Shown piece after piece: positions 1 to 25,428 of a stretch of DNA of 64,000 nt. The notes under the pieces are model-generated. The model saw nothing but the letters and a program-made list of their open reading frames with translations. It was not told the DNA's origin and did not search any database. The position numbers and the translations under genes were made by a program. The stretch lies in assembly GCF_009914755.1 (NCBI RefSeq), contig NC_060946.1; one strand, given 5' to 3'. The stretch's first letter is position 1. The number at the start of each line of letters is the position of its first letter. This DNA is from the human T2T-CHM13v2.0 reference genome, Homo sapiens.

Positions 1-771
1 GATCTAGGGGCAATATTCAGATTCTTGAATTCCACCCTTGGTGCATCCTTGAAGAATCCAGCCCCTTAATCAAGTGCTGAATGCATGGATTGTTAAACAT
101 TAAGTAATAGAAATAGCTAAAAGAAACTTGTAAGTACATCCATCATATCAGTGGTTCCTAAACCTGGCACCAGGGTAGGAGACTTTGTTTTGGTGTACGT
201 GTGTGCACTTTGCTGGAGGAGAGGGCCTATTGCTCTCATCACATTCTGGAAGCAGCCCCCAACCCATACGAGGTTAAGAAGCCCTGAACTAGTTGAAAGA
301 GTAAGTTGGCCCCAATTAGGGGTTCAGAAGCCTACTTTTGTGACACAAGATGTGCCGCACTAGGAGTTAGGAAACTTGTATTCTGATTGTGCTGCTGTAA
401 CTGACTGTGATTTTGGGCAGGTCAAAATAACGTGATGATAAATGACACTGCGTAGTACTTGGTACATTTTCAAAATGTTATCCCATTTTCTCCTTAGCCG
501 GCCTTAACCATCACCATGAGGCAGGGGTATTCTCATTTCACAGATGTGGAAGTTGAAAGTCTACAGAGGCTAATGCTTGCACAGGGACTCTCACCTGGAT
601 CTCAGGTTCTTTGAGGCCAAATTCTGCCTGTTTCTACCACATCGCACTGCTTCTGCAGGTCTTATTATCTTTAAAATGACGGGCCAGACCCATATGGAAT
701 GGCCAGATTCCACAGTGCACCTCTAGAGTTCTTTGGCTCTTAATAGTGTGGGGTACAGAAGATCTTTTTAA

Positions 772-1231
<460 letters not shown>

Positions 1232-1396
1232 TGAGACAGACAATGTATATAATGTCAAAAGGCCCCAAGTAGAGTGGGGTGGAGGCTTGCACAGGGCCAT
1301 GGTGAGGTGTAGATTGTTGCTGTTTAAAACAGGGTGATTAGTAGGGCCTGCCTGAGGAGGTGAGTGATTTAAAGTGATTTTTAAAATAGTGCTTTG

Positions 1397-1713
<317 letters not shown>

Positions 1714-2342
1714 CTATTTAATGTAACATACTAGAGGATAAAATGCCTTCTAAAGATTCAGGATCTGCACCCTCACCAAGGAGGAAAGCCAAAGAACAGG
1801 ATGTGAATTACAGAAGGACAGATCTGTGCAGGCTAAGATCCTGAAAGGGGAGAATGTGCTATCATAATGTAACTCTTTAAAAGTGAATACCAGGTCCCCT
1901 TTCTATTTATACCCACGCTTTGAAAGGAAAGGCTTGCTGCTTTGGTGTGTGTGTGTGTGCCCACCATGTGAAGCTTCAAAGGCTTCACAGTTGGGATCTT
2001 CTGCAGTTTAGAAGGGGCAGCGCCTTCTCATCTCTGAAGGGCGGCCTGCGTTAGCACATGGCTCGCTTTGCAACGGAAGTTAAGTTGCTTAATGTTCTGG
2101 AATACACTTAGGAAAGCCTAAAATACACCTTGGCAGCATTCAGTACTACCGATCATCTGCCCCTTTGATCAAGGGAGCTCAGTGTGGGATTCCATGGTGT
2201 GCTGGGGCTCGCACAATGCAGTGCGCTTGGCAGAGTGCGGAAAACTGCAGTGCAAAGGTGGTTTAGGTAAAAATGTGGTGTGTGGACAGAGCCAAAGGGG
2301 AGCTTCTAAGTACATGGTCTTAGATGTAGTTGATGTGACTAA

Positions 2343-2654
<312 letters not shown>

Positions 2655-3148
2655 CTAAACACATTTTCAAAAGGCAGCAATCAGAAAGCTGGATTGTGGG
2701 CCCACCTGTCTTTAAGTTGTGTTCTTAGGCAGATGACTGTGGGTTTCAGGTGCCCCATCTATAGACTCAGTGATTCCTAGGTGTTCCTATGTCTAAAGTT
2801 CTGTGATTCTAGAAATGTTTCTCAGCATGCATAACACTCTTAACTAATCTAGAAAATTGCTGACTCACCAGTTAGGGTCAAGGTTAGGATCCACATCTTA
2901 CAAATTAATTACGTACCAAGTGAAAACTGCAAATCCATACTTGGTGTGTTTGCAAATTATAGGAATTTTTTCTTTCTCTTTCTCTGGCATCTTGTCTGCA
3001 AATAAGCTACTTTGAAAGTAGCTTTTGAGACTTGAAGATTGACATGTTCACTATCTCTAGTGTTCTTAAAGTGACCTAAGATTTTGTGCTTTGAGATTTT
3101 GAGGAATTCTGGAGGCTGAAGGCATTGAATTATGTGATTCTTACTTCA

Positions 3149-3277
3149 TTTTTTTTTTTTTTTAAAGACAGTATCTCACTATGTTACCCAGGCTGGATTT
3201 GAACCCCTGAGCTCAAGTGATCCTCCTGCCTCAGCCTCCCCAGTAGCTGGGACTCCAGGCACATGCCACTGCCTTTG
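3149..3277 (-). mobile_element. Alu monomer (FLAM/FRAM-like)
   Basis: T tail plus single-arm Alu similarity. Confidence 0.75.
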
Positions 3278-3610
3278 GCTTCCTTTCACTTAGTCTGTTT
3301 CTTATATCTCATGTCATCAATAGCTAGAACTCTGAATAAGATCCACTTACAGCTTCTGGCTTGTGGTTTGCCTTTCATTTGCTATTATAACCTTTTCAGA
3401 TGGCTGCTACCCTTCCTCCATATTTGCATATTTCATGGGATGCTATCCCTTGGATGCTTTTATTATATCTTTATATTAGCCTCTAACAAATATCAGTCAA
3501 TTTATATTGGAAAACTTGGGGACAGTCATTTTTCAGCAGCTCTTAGGATTGAGAAAGGAATGAATGATTGGAAAGTAAGAGTGAGCTCCAGATTGTGTTC
3601 CTTTAATCCT

Positions 3611-4450
<840 letters not shown>

Positions 4451-4673
4451 TAGTGTGTGAGGTAGAGATGACTTTTCAGTGTTGGTCATTGTATAGAAGG
4501 TACACCCTATGTGAGATAGATGAGTTTTTCCTTGTGATGGGCATTTTTTCCCCTAAATGCAAACCTTTAGTATTTTTGTTTATGGAAATTTAAGGAAGTT
4601 AAAGTTGCTCCCAGATGTGAATGTCATCAGCAATTGTACATGTCACAAACCTGGGAAACAGATGTTTTGTTAA

Positions 4674-5051
<378 letters not shown>

Positions 5052-5298
5052 TGAAGCTAACTGAGGCTGATAAAGAAAGGCCTTCCCCTACAAAAGGCCT
5101 CCCTGAAGCAGGGCCTGGCTGCCTAGTGCCGCAGGGAGGAGGGGTGAGGGGTGTTTGTGCTGCAGCCTGGGGCTGGAGCGGCTGCCATTGCCTGTCAGGG
5201 CACAAGGCTCTTGACAGATCTCTTGAGCATTGAGCAGTGGTGTACTGGGGAGGGCGTTATCCATGACCAGGTCAAAAGTTCAGTGGGACCTACGTTGA

Positions 5299-5300
<2 letters not shown>

Positions 5301-5348
<48 letters not shown>
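5301..5348. repeat. (GT)24 microsatellite
   Basis: Perfect dinucleotide run. Confidence 0.97.
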
Positions 5349-5352
<4 letters not shown>

Positions 5353-7586
5353 GATATATGCATATGTAAAGTTCATTATTCCGTCAGAATTTTCAGTGTA
5401 GAACACAGCGACCACATGAGCTTGAAGCTGCTCTAAATGTTTTTTAATGATTTTTCATGTTTAATTTTGCTCTCAGCAAGCATGGTGAAATATTTTATGG
5501 ATTCAAATAGATTTTTATTTTGGTTTGGGGAGCAAACGGTATTGTGAGTGTGACTCAAGCAGTCTAGTGCACTGTGAAGGGCTTTGAGCTTCTTGGAAGA
5601 AAGATACCATAGAACTTCAAGGAAATGAGATCACATTATCTGTGGCTTTTGAAGATGTTTTTCATTGAATGTCCATCTCCAAGTCCTTCTTTTCCATCTT
5701 GGGGTATTCAATCCCCACAGAGACCCTGTGTCTTGTTTTTTATTCTTTATCTCTTTGGCTGGGAACTAAGGTCTGACCATTGTTTTTTTTTGTTTTCTCT
5801 TCTACTCCCTTGTGCTCTACTCATGCCCTAGGGTTTGTTCTGGGCATCAGTGGAGGAGGGGTAGAATTTCTGGCTTGCAGCAAGGTGTTAAATCCGAGAA
5901 TTTGTGTAAATAAGTTGGTGTGAAGTCAATCAGTTCTACAGCCAAAAGCAGTTTTCTCCTCTTTAGAGGGCAGATGACCCCTCTGAATAATTCTCTCATG
6001 TGTTCTTTTTTGTACTTCGTTAGCCATACACTCATTTAAACTGTAATATGGTTTATGCAAAAATATATAGAAGATAGTATTTCATTCTCCTTTTTAAAGT
6101 CCCTGACCTCATGTGGCCTTTACAAAAGACATTGGCTGGTTTAAATGATGTCATATGCGTATAAGTTTCACACTGGAATGGTCAGCTTTTAGCTTTGGTT
6201 CTACAGCCCAGACTCTTTATGAGCTAAATCAGGTCTACTTTTTCCCTAGGGTGGGTTTGCTGGAGTGACGTGTGACTTGGCATTGTGTCACTGAGGCATG
6301 TGGCCACCTGAATTGAATGTGTGAGTGGCTGTCAGAACAGACTGTGTGTACCCTCCCTTGCTCCTCCCCACCCATCACCTCCAAAAGTAAGTGATGAAAA
6401 TAGAGGAAGCCATGGGGCCACAATTAAGCTCACTGCTTCACGTTTTCAATGTTGAACTTTAAATCACACCCAATTAATAATTCCTGAGAATGGATAAGTT
6501 CTTAGAATTGAAAAATGCTGTTCAGCAGTCTTGTTGACTGCAAGAGTGTTTTCTTCTCCTGGCCGGTTCCTTTTAATGAACAGCCCTACCCTGAGTGTTC
6601 ATTGTCTCAGCAACAATGGCACTGAGGACAGTTGATTTGCTTGACAGAAAATGTGTTAAATTAACAGATCTACTTCTTTAGCAAATCCTTTCTCTTCTCC
6701 ATTCCCCATTATGTCTCTCTGTCTTCCTGAAAGGTTGTTTGTGAATTCTTTTAGGTGTGGGGACAATTTTTATAGCAGAGGCCTGGAGTTCTTTGTTCAG
6801 GGAACATTGTTGTACACGGGGGTGGGCGGGGGGGAAGGTGCTTTAAAGAAAAAAATTCACCTGTTGTCATAATAAAGGAATTTAATTTTGGATTATTTTC
6901 CACTCTTACACTGGCATTGATTTGGGTTAGTATCCACACGAATGTACTGATGCTTTTCACATTGGTTCTGAAAGACTTTCCCCCCATTTTCCTTTGTGGT
7001 GTTAAAGCAGCCCCCCAGCCCTCCTTACAGGAATGTTGAAGATTGGGAGGGGGATGCTTGGTTGAGGATGCTTGTGACACGTAACTCTAGACTTTTTTTT
7101 TAACACGGAACACTTCACGACTCTGCGTGTCATCTTGCATAGGCCAGTTTTAGTGCAAGTGCTGCTGGAGTGAGTGCATAACCCTGGATTTTCATCGCTT
7201 TCAGCAATGGAACCCATCTTCCTTACCCCTGACTCTGCTTGGATTTCTGTAACGTGCACATTTTTAAGGTTAAAGTGAAATGTTTTTAAAAAAGGGAAAA
7301 TCTCAAAACCCAATCAGCCTTCCCTGTGTTATTGTCATCATTATTAATACTGAGGTTGCAGAGGTATGTGGCAGAGTCCCTGTTGTGCTGCTGCCCTGGG
7401 GGAATTTGTCTGTCGAAAAGGGGCAGGGCAGCAGTGGTATTGTGAAACCTATGTTGTTTGCCCAGTGAGCGATAGGGAATATAATTGCTGTAAGAGTTCA
7501 GAGGAAGGCAGAGATGGCGAGTGAAACGCTTCCTGGAGGAAGCATCATGCTTCTGGGGGTCATGCTGAGTAAGTCAGTGTAGTTAG

Positions 7587-7908
<322 letters not shown>

Positions 7909-8342
7909 CAGAGAGCCCCTTCCTCATAGAGACTAATAGAAAAAGAGGTTGAGAGAGAGAGATCATAGAGGCAACATTGCAACAAGCCTTGAAGACTGGC
8001 CTCACTGGTGATCATTTTTCTTCAGGCAGTGGAGAAACCAAGTTTTAGAGTAAGAAGTCCTGTATACTAAGTGTTTTAGGTTAAATCTGGTTTTGGTAGC
8101 TGGAATAGAACAGACTGGAAGAAGAAAGACTAGTTTTAGCTACAGGCACACCTCAGAGATATTTTGGGGTCAGTTCCAGACTATTGCCATAAGGTGAATA
8201 TTGCAGTAAAGTGAGTCACATGAAATTTTTGGTTTCACAGGGCATATAAAAGTTATGTTCACAGTATACTATAGCCTGTTAAGTGTGCAGTAGCATTATG
8301 TCTTAAAAAATAATGTATATACCTTAATTAAAAAATATTTTA

Positions 8343-8970
<628 letters not shown>

Positions 8971-9354
8971 TCATCTGAGCCTTCAACGAGTCATAGTCTT
9001 TTTGCCAGTGCAGGGTCATGTCTGAATATTCCTTTCATGAAAGATTTCTCCATAGCATGCCATGCCATTTGATAGCATTTAACCCACAGTAAAACTTCTT
9101 TCAAAATTGAAGTTGGTCCTCTCAAACCCTGCCACTGCTTTATCAGCTTGGTTTAGAATATTCTAAATCTTTTGTTGTCATTTGAACAATGTTGACAGCA
9201 TCTTCACCAGGAATAATACATTGTGCCTCAACAAACTACTTTTTTTGTTCATCCATAAGAACCAACTCCTTTTAATCTAGTGTTCAGACCAGGTTAAAAA
9301 AGAAAAGAAAAGAAAAAACTCCTCCATTCCAGTTTCATCATGAGGTTGCAGTAA

Positions 9355-9693
<339 letters not shown>

Positions 9694-9972
9694 AGGTCCA
9701 CTTCTAATTCTATTTCTTTTGCTGTATCTATCGCATCTGTATTTCTTTCCTCCACTGAAGTCTTGAACCCCTCAAAGTCATCCACGAAGGTTGGAATCAG
9801 CTTCTTCCAAACTCCTGTTAATATGGATATTTGGACCTCCTCCCATGAATTATGAATGTTCTTAATGGCATCTAGAATCATGAATCCTTTCTGAGAGGTT
9901 CTAAATTTGCTTTGCCCAGATTCATCAGAAGAATCACTATCTATGGCAGCTATTGCCTTACAAAATGTATTT

Positions 9973-10103
9973 ATTTTATTTTTTGTAGAGATGGGGTCTC
10001 GCTGTGTTGCCCAGACTGGTCTTGACTTCCTGGCCTCACGCAGTTCTCCCATCTTGGCCTCCTAAAGTGTTAGGATTACAGGTGTGAGCCACTGCTCCCA
10101 GCC
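9973..10103 (-). mobile_element. FLAM-like monomer inside Tigger1
   Basis: Single left arm; TSD ACAAAATGTATTT. Confidence 0.85.
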
Positions 10104-12352
10104 ACAAAATGTATTTCTTAAATAATAAGACTTGAAAGTTGAAATTACTTCTTGATCCATGGGCTTGCAGAATGGATGTTGTGTCAGCAGACATGAAAAC
10201 CACATTAATCTCCTTGTATATCTCCATCAGAGCTCTTGGGTGACAAAGTATATTGTCAGTTAGCAGTAATATTTTGAAAGTAGTGACTTTTTTCTGAGCA
10301 GTAGGTCTCAAAAGTAGGCTTAAAATACTGACTAAACCATGCTGTAAACAGATGTGCTGTTATCCAGGTTTTGTTTTCCCATTTAGAGAGCACAGGCAGA
10401 ATACATTAGCACAGTTTTCAAGGGCCGTAGGATTTTCAGAATGGTGAGTGAGCACTGGCTTCCAGTAAGTCACCAGCCCCTAAGAGAATCAGCCTGTCCT
10501 TTGAAGCTTTGAAGTGGGGCATTGACTTCTCCTCTCTAGCTATTAAAGTCCTAGGTGGCATTTTCTTTCAATAAAAGGCTGTTTCACCTACAGTGAAAAT
10601 CTGTTGTGTATTCATCCTCGTTAATGATCTTAGCTAGATCTTCTGGATAACTTGCTGCAGCTTCTGTATCCACACTTGAGGCCTTGTCTTGCATGTTTAC
10701 GTTACATTTCCTAAAGCTTCACGAACCAACCTCTGCTAGCCTCCAACTTTTCTTCTGCAGTTTCCTCACCTTTCTAAGCCTTCGTAGAATTGAAGCGTAA
10801 GGGCCTTGCTCTGGATTAGGCTTTGGCTTCAGGGAATGTTGTGGCTGCTTTGATCTGTTCTCCAGGCCACTCAGACTTTCTCCTTATCAGTAATAAGGCT
10901 GTTTTGCCTTCTCATTACTGTGTTCACTGGAGCAGTGCTTTTTATTTCCTTCAATAACTTTTCCTTTGCATTCACAACTTGGCTAACTGGCTCAAGAGGC
11001 CTAGCTTTTGGCCTGTTTCAGCTTTCAGCACGCCTTCTTCATGAAGCTTAATCATTTCTAGCTTTTGATTTAAAGTGAGAGACATGGTGCTCTTCCTTAC
11101 ACTTGAACACTTAAAGGCCATTGTAGGATTATTAATTGGCCTGGTTTAAATGTGCTTCTGGGAATAGGGAAGCCCAAGGAGAGGGAGACAGGGAACTGGC
11201 CAGTCTGTGGAGCAGACAGAACACACGCATTTATCAATTGAGTTTGCTGTTTTATGTGGGCACAATCCTTGGTGCCCCAAAACATTTACAGTTGTAATAT
11301 CCAAGATCACTAGTCACAGATCAACATAACAGATTTAATAATAATCATGAAAATGTTTGAAATATTGTGAGAATTACCAAAATGCAACACAGAGACATGA
11401 AGTGAGCACATACTGTTGGAAAAATGGCCCTGATAGACTTGCTACTCGCAGGGTCGGCACGAAATCTTCAGTTTGTAAGAAATGCAATATCTGCACGTTC
11501 AGTAAAGGGAAACACAGTACAACGAGGTGGGCCTGTATTAGAGCGGAAGGGGCATGAACCGCTGATGGTAGTGGTAACAGGAAAGGACATTTCTCACTGG
11601 TGCTATTGAAGAAAGAGTAGGTGGGACTGGATGACCCCCAGGGTGGGAGCATGTGATGAAGGTTGCGTCGCTTAGGATATTTTTGGCTGCGAATGATGGA
11701 ATAACAGTGCCTTCAGCACTGCGGATTACCCTACATCATGTAAGCCGGAGGAATGGGGCTCCTGGCAGGCCAGGCAGCCCCATGGTAGGTGTCATTGAGC
11801 CCTCATACGGTGGTACCACTCATGGTCACAGGACAGACTCCGCAGCGACAAGGTCTGCATTGCTGAATGATGCAGAGAAGTATTAGGAAAATGACAACGG
11901 AAAAGAGCCTTTGAGTTGGTGATTTGAAGGGGTCAAAGATGACTTCGGAGAAGGGATTTGAGTTACTCTGACCGGAGAGGGAGAGGCTGAGACTTAAAAA
12001 AACTTCATTCTGCTGGAAGGAGAGAGGATAAGACCTGTCAAACAGAGAAGCTTAAGAGCATGGTGAGAAAGGAAGGGCGTTTTAAAAAAAAACTTTTTTC
12101 ACAAAGAATATATAGCGATTGTAACAAGAAGAAGTTAAATTAATCTCAGTTCCTTCATTTGGTGTTGTATTGAAGAGGTCAGTTGTAGGGCCCCCTTTCT
12201 CAGCCTGTTTCCAAACTCTGCGCCATGTTTTATACCAGTAATCAATCCCCTTCTTTGTGCCACCGCTCTCTAATTGTTGGGATGTGGTTATGTCACCCTA
12301 GGACTGTCAGTTGCTCAGTATTTTAGCTTTCTGTTGAGTAAAATGGAAATGA

Positions 12353-12722
<370 letters not shown>

Positions 12723-13660
12723 TGATTGTTTGGAATACTTCAGTTTTTAGTTTCTCTCTGTTACATGTTTAATGTTTTGTAGGACTACTAAATGTTACTT
12801 TGTGATCCTTTTGTAATGATAATTTGTATACAAATAAGCTATTCAGGTATTTATGTTCTGTGTTATGTTTAATAACAGGTTCCCCATGCCAGAGGGAGTT
12901 ACAGCTCAACAGAAAGCCTTCTTTTGTCTCATTTCTCCACTGGTTCTACAGAAATTTTCAGAGGTTATCTGGCAGCTGTACCTGCCCCTCCTTGCCCTTG
13001 TCAAGCAAATCTATATCTTGGCCAGTAATCTATAACACATCTCGCAAGAAAAGATGAACTGGGCCAATGAAATTTCCATTCTTGGGAGCGTAACCTAGGA
13101 AATACAAGGATTATCGAGTTAGCGTGGAAAAGAAGCTGAAAGGTCATGGTGAGCAGCCACGACACAGCCAGAATCTTACAGATGAGGAAGCAAGCCTGGG
13201 AGAGACCCAGCCATAGAGGAATTAACGAGAAGGCCCCGGCTCCAGCCTGCTGGCGTGTGTCCAGCAGGAGCCACCACACCTGAGGGAGTCTTCCATGCCC
13301 TGCCCCTCAAAGAGCCTAACACTTCCTCACTTTTGTCTGTGTGCACATAACATGTTAAGTATCTTGTAAACACAAGATCGTACTTTTCTATATGCTTCTG
13401 AATCCTGTTCTATTCTGTTGACAGTGTTATATAACAGAATGCCCTTTCAATCACAGCACGCCATGATTTCCAGTAGCTGCAGAATACTCATCGGGTAGAG
13501 GGACTCTCATTTAGCCAAGGGGCGTTTGGGTTATCTGTAGTTGTTTACTATCATGACAACCAAGAACCAGAACAATTTTTTTTTCTAAGATAGGATTAGT
13601 GTTTTTAATCATTAGACTTCTGTTAGTATTACATTCTATATTTGAGGTTTTAAGTTTTGA

Positions 13661-15045
<1,385 letters not shown>

Positions 15046-15201
15046 TCTCTTCTGTCTCCCAACTGCCTGCCTGCCTGTCCGGCTAGCTAGCTAGGCATCT
15101 CTAGCTGTGTAATTACTGTTTTTCTACACTGAGAATAAGTTGAAGACGTGATACCTTTCACTCCTTGACATTTTAGTGTTTTTATGACTTAAAAACATTG
15201 T

Positions 15202-15648
<447 letters not shown>

Positions 15649-16345
15649 GAATATTCTCTTATACATATAAGTACAATTATTAAAATCAGGAACTTAATAC
15701 TGAGTAAGATCTGTAGATAATAGTATATCAAATGTTGCCAATTGAGCCAATAATATATATAATTTGTACATTATTTTTATGAATTTTAAATATATTATTA
15801 TTTTAGAAATTGTTTCTGGTTCAGGTTTTCAGTCTAGGATCAGGCATTCCATTAGTTGTTGAGTCTCTTTAGTCTCCTTTAAAATAGAGCCGTTTTTCAG
15901 TGTTTGTCTTTCTTGAGCTTGACCTTTTTGGAAGACTAAAAGCCATTCATTCTATTGACGGTCCCTCCACTTGGGCTTGTTGGAAGTCCTCTCAGGATAA
16001 CTTGGGTCATGTGTTTTTGGCGGGAGTGCTGAAGAGGGCCGTGCCCTTGGTGCATAGTATCAGCAGTTACATCACTTTCATTGTGCCCTTTATTGGTGGT
16101 GGTTACTAACTTTGATCACTTGGTTAGGGTGATGTCTGCTTTCCACTGCAAAGTTACTGTTTTTCTCTTATAATTAACAAGTACGTTGTGGGGAGATACT
16201 TTGCAAACATCCTGTTTCTTCTCCAAATTAACCCGTTAGGAATTGCCTGAATCAGTGATTACATCACAGTTGCCAGATTCCTTTTTACAAGTTGGCGTGC
16301 AGTTTTCATCCATAAAGTTTAAGCGTTTGATTCTAAACCAGGTGT

Positions 16346-16496
16346 TTTTATTTTGTTTTGTTTTGTTTTGTTTTTTGAGACAGGTCTTGGTCTGTTGCCG
16401 AAAGTGGAGTGCAGTGGCACCATCATAGCTCAGCAGCCTCAACCTCGCCGGTCCCAAAGTGCTTGAATGACAGGCGTGAGCCACCACTCCTGACCC
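16346..16496 (-). mobile_element. Internally deleted Alu
   Basis: Right-arm end joined directly to left-arm head. Confidence 0.75.
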
Positions 16497-17529
16497 AAAA
16501 CCATTTGTTTTTAATATCTGATAAAAATATAATTTATAAAAAGACTTTGATTTTTTTAACTTTGAAAATTAATCTAAAGGAGATGAACACTGATAAACAA
16601 TGTTCAGAAAGTGAAATTACTTTTTAAAGCTTCAGCTTTTTAAAGCTTTTCCTATTTTATTTTGAGAATTTTCAGATGTTCGGTGAAGTTCAAAGATAAG
16701 TGAACCCCTGCGTACCCTTTACTCTAGATGTACCAATTGTTAACACTTTTGCCACATTGGCTGAACCATTTGAAAGTAAGTCGACTGTGTCATGAGAGTC
16801 TACCCCTTCATAGTTTCACATGTACATGTACTTCCTATGAATAAGGACTTTCTCTTGTATGACCACAATGTTATACTCACATTTAGGAAAATTAACAGTA
16901 ATTCTGTAATAACATCCAGTAAACAGTTCACACTGAAATATCCTCAGTTGTCCCCACAGTGTCTTTTATAGATGTACCACACCTCCATCCTGGTTTACAC
17001 ACTGGTTGGTTGGTAGGGGAATTGTTTTTAGGCAGGCTGAAGCCAACCCAGTTATCCTAGATGTAGGGAAACCGGGAAACATTGGTAAAATGATTTAAAT
17101 TTCAAGCTGCAGGGCTACTAGTGAAGTAATTACAACAGAGAGTTGATTGGAATCACTCTGGCTCCGGTCCAGGCTTTGCCCAAGGTCTGGACCTGTCACT
17201 TAGCCCTGTTGAGCCTCAGCTTGTTCATCTGCATCTTGGTTGTCTCGTGTTCCATAGGGCTGTGGTGAGGTTCGAATGAGCCAAGCATGTGAGGGCCTGG
17301 CCCAAATAGATCTCAGCAACTGGTAATTATTGTTACATTTTCTTTCATTTTAGATTTTGATTATGGTAATAATATGGAAATTATAATCATTTGGGAGAAA
17401 GGAATTAACTGACAAATAAATTGAATGATCACATATTATTTTGAAATCAAAGTATAATGAAATAAAATTGTAAAAATATACCAATATAGTGTGCTTATGT
17501 GGATTAAAGTGATTGTTGAATACAGATGC

Positions 17530-17829
<300 letters not shown>

Positions 17830-17861
17830 GAATACAAATGTTTTTTGTTTAAAAAAATAAG

Positions 17862-20660
<2,799 letters not shown>

Positions 20661-20920
20661 TTAAAAATCAATTTTATTGAGCTATAATTTAAATACATCA
20701 AATGCATTCCTTTTAAGTATGTAGTGTGAGTTTTGGAAAATGCATGGATCCTTGTACCTACCATCAATCAAGATACAGAGCATTTGTATCTAACCCCAGT
20801 GTTGCCTTGTGTCCCTTGGCGGTTGACCCCATCCCTACTCTGGTCTCAGGCAATCACTTATGTACTTTTTGTCACTGTAGATTAGTTTACCTTTTCTAGA
20901 ATTTGCTATCCATAGAATCT

Positions 20921-21364
<444 letters not shown>

Positions 21365-21675
21365 TGACATTTGACTCTTAAATACTTAAGCACGCATTGA
21401 GTAGGAATATTATCCTGTACGACCACTTAACATTCATATTTCTACAGAAAAAAAATTTTGTAATATTGTCTAATGCAAGTCCAATTCCAGATTTTTTTCC
21501 CTTATCACAAAAAGTTCATCATGGTTTTTATTTTGTTGTAAAAGGGTAATAAGTTGTTTATTTTTATATTATTGATTAGAAATAATTTATTTGCATTAAT
21601 AAAAGTATCATGAATATTCTTTCTCATTCCTGGGTTCTTTCACTTTCTAAAAACATTTTTAATTAAAAATATTTT

Positions 21676-22295
<620 letters not shown>

Positions 22296-22833
22296 TTAAA
22301 AGGAAATTTTATGTAGAAACTGAACATATAAAATGGGTAAGAGTGAAGCACTGTTTGAAAATTGCTGTGGTAATGGCAGTTAAAGTTTAAGCAGGGCTGA
22401 GTGATGTGGTTGAGTGTTTAGAACATTCCTGGTATATAACCTGTGTGCAATAAATATTTGCTGAGTGAATGGAGAAGTAATCTCTGCAGAGTAGAAAGAT
22501 CACTTCACTGTTAGTATAGAATGAACAGCCCAGAACCAGAAGGACAAGTTATGAGGGTAGGTGAGAGATGACAGGACGTGAAGTAGAAAGGATAACACAT
22601 CTAATGAGAGCATGGATTTGAGAGTAGGAGACAGAATTAACTGCATGTGGTTGGACAATGGCTTGTGAGAGAGGAAAAGCCTAGCACAGTGCATCTTCAG
22701 GGCAGTGTCATCCCGAGGCAGTGTTGTGGGAATCTGTGGCAGTTAGTGGGTGGGACCTGCATGCTAGGTGTTATACAGTGTTACATACAATGCATGGGAC
22801 ATTCTCCACAGTGAAGAATTTGCTCCCTCCTAA

Positions 22834-23515
<682 letters not shown>

Positions 23516-24244
23516 TAACACAAATTAATTTCTGTGGTGTTTTAAAATAAATGGAAACTTTTAGTAATGCAGCTGTGGTGTGCATGTAGGAAAGATGATG
23601 CTTAGTATTGTTTGGAACATTAGCACGAGTTTCCACCGTTTTGGGAAATTCTGTACCATGTCATCATCTTTGTCAGTGGTCCTGTTGGATTGTTCATGCA
23701 ACACTGTGTCTGTCGGCCTCTGTACTCTTAGCTTGCATGGGGAGGAACAAGCCCCTCTTTCATCTTCTGCTGAGGTCATGCTTAAGCATTTTCATTTTGA
23801 CATTTATTTTATTATATATTTCATGGTATGTCTGCTTCTGATTACAGTTGAGGAATACATTGATTATATTTATGAATGTAGGAATTTGTATCATCTGTTA
23901 ATTGCATTTTGGTATAACAAAGTGGGGGGGGGTATTATAAAATATAAAATACGTGTTATAAAGAGGGAGCGTTGGGCCCAAGAAAGCTGGACTGCCGGCC
24001 TGGTATGACTCGTCCGATCTGGCTCAGTGACTGCTCAGATGTTGCTTACTCTTCACTGAGATGGGAAAATTAAATGAGGGTTGAGTCTGGGGTGATGAGT
24101 ATGTGAGGTCGTAAGTGTGGGACATGTTGAATTTGAGGTCTGTGTGAAACATTTAATTTGAGTTATGCAGTAGACAGTTGAGTGGAGATGTGGCCTTCAG
24201 AAGGGAGTTTTTGTCTGGGAGAAAATAACAGGAAACATTTATTG

Positions 24245-24490
24245 AGAGAAGTGGTGGTGAAGAATGCAGATTCTGGAGCCAGACGGGGTCTGTTTCCTGG
24301 TGCCATCCACAGTGCTTCTGTGACACTGGACAATTTACTTAACAGCCCTTACACTCAGTTTTCTCATCTTTAGAAATGGGAATAAACAGTACTGCTTGTG
24401 GAGTTAACGTGAGAATTAAATACCTTCAAGTTTGTAAAATACCCAAATTGTGCCAACTTATAAATTGTGCTCAAATTAGCTGTTACTATT
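24245..24490. mobile_element. MIR
   Basis: Core TTTACTTAAC..CTCAGTTTTCTCATCT..AAATGGGAATAA. Confidence 0.75.
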
Positions 24491-24664
24491 CACTAAACAT
24501 TCAGTATGTGCCAAGGATGGTTAATACAGAATTATCTCATTTGGTAGTTACATTACAAAACAATATTTTTATGAGATAATTGAGGCTCAGGGAGGCTTAG
24601 TATAGACTTGGGAGTCATAAGTAGTAAAGTAATGCTAAATTGGACAGGTTGAATCAGGTGATAT

Positions 24665-24832
24665 TGGGCTCCCTCTGAGGTCCTCAGACCAGCATGGTGA
24701 GCACCTCCTGGGAATGTGTTAGAAATGCAGAATCTCAGGCCTTACCCTGGATCTGTCTACTCAATCAGATTCAGCATTTGAGCAAGGTTCCCAGGTGATT
24801 ATTATGCACATTAAAGTGTGAGAAGCACTGGC
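24665..24832. mobile_element. MER5A-like hAT element
   Basis: TTAGAAATGCAGAATCTCAGGCC..CCCAGGTGATT..ATGCACATTAAAGTGTGAGAAGCACTG. Confidence 0.75.
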
Positions 24833-25090
24833 TCAGAGATCTGAGTTGGTCAAGTTCAGCAGGGACAGAAAACTTGAAGGCCTCATTAATGGTATAGTAA
24901 AAGGCTCAGGAGGTGGGACGCCAGATGCCCATCCTGGCTTTAGCTCCAAGTTTTAGCTTTTGGACCTTGCAGTCTTTTTCTTTCTGTAGACCTCAGTTTT
25001 CTCATATTTTGGTGAGGCAAGTTCTCTTTTAGCTCTCACATTTTATGGTTCTCAGTCCAAAGTCTTCTCCTGGGAAGATGCTTCTTTTGA

Positions 25091-25428
<338 letters not shown>

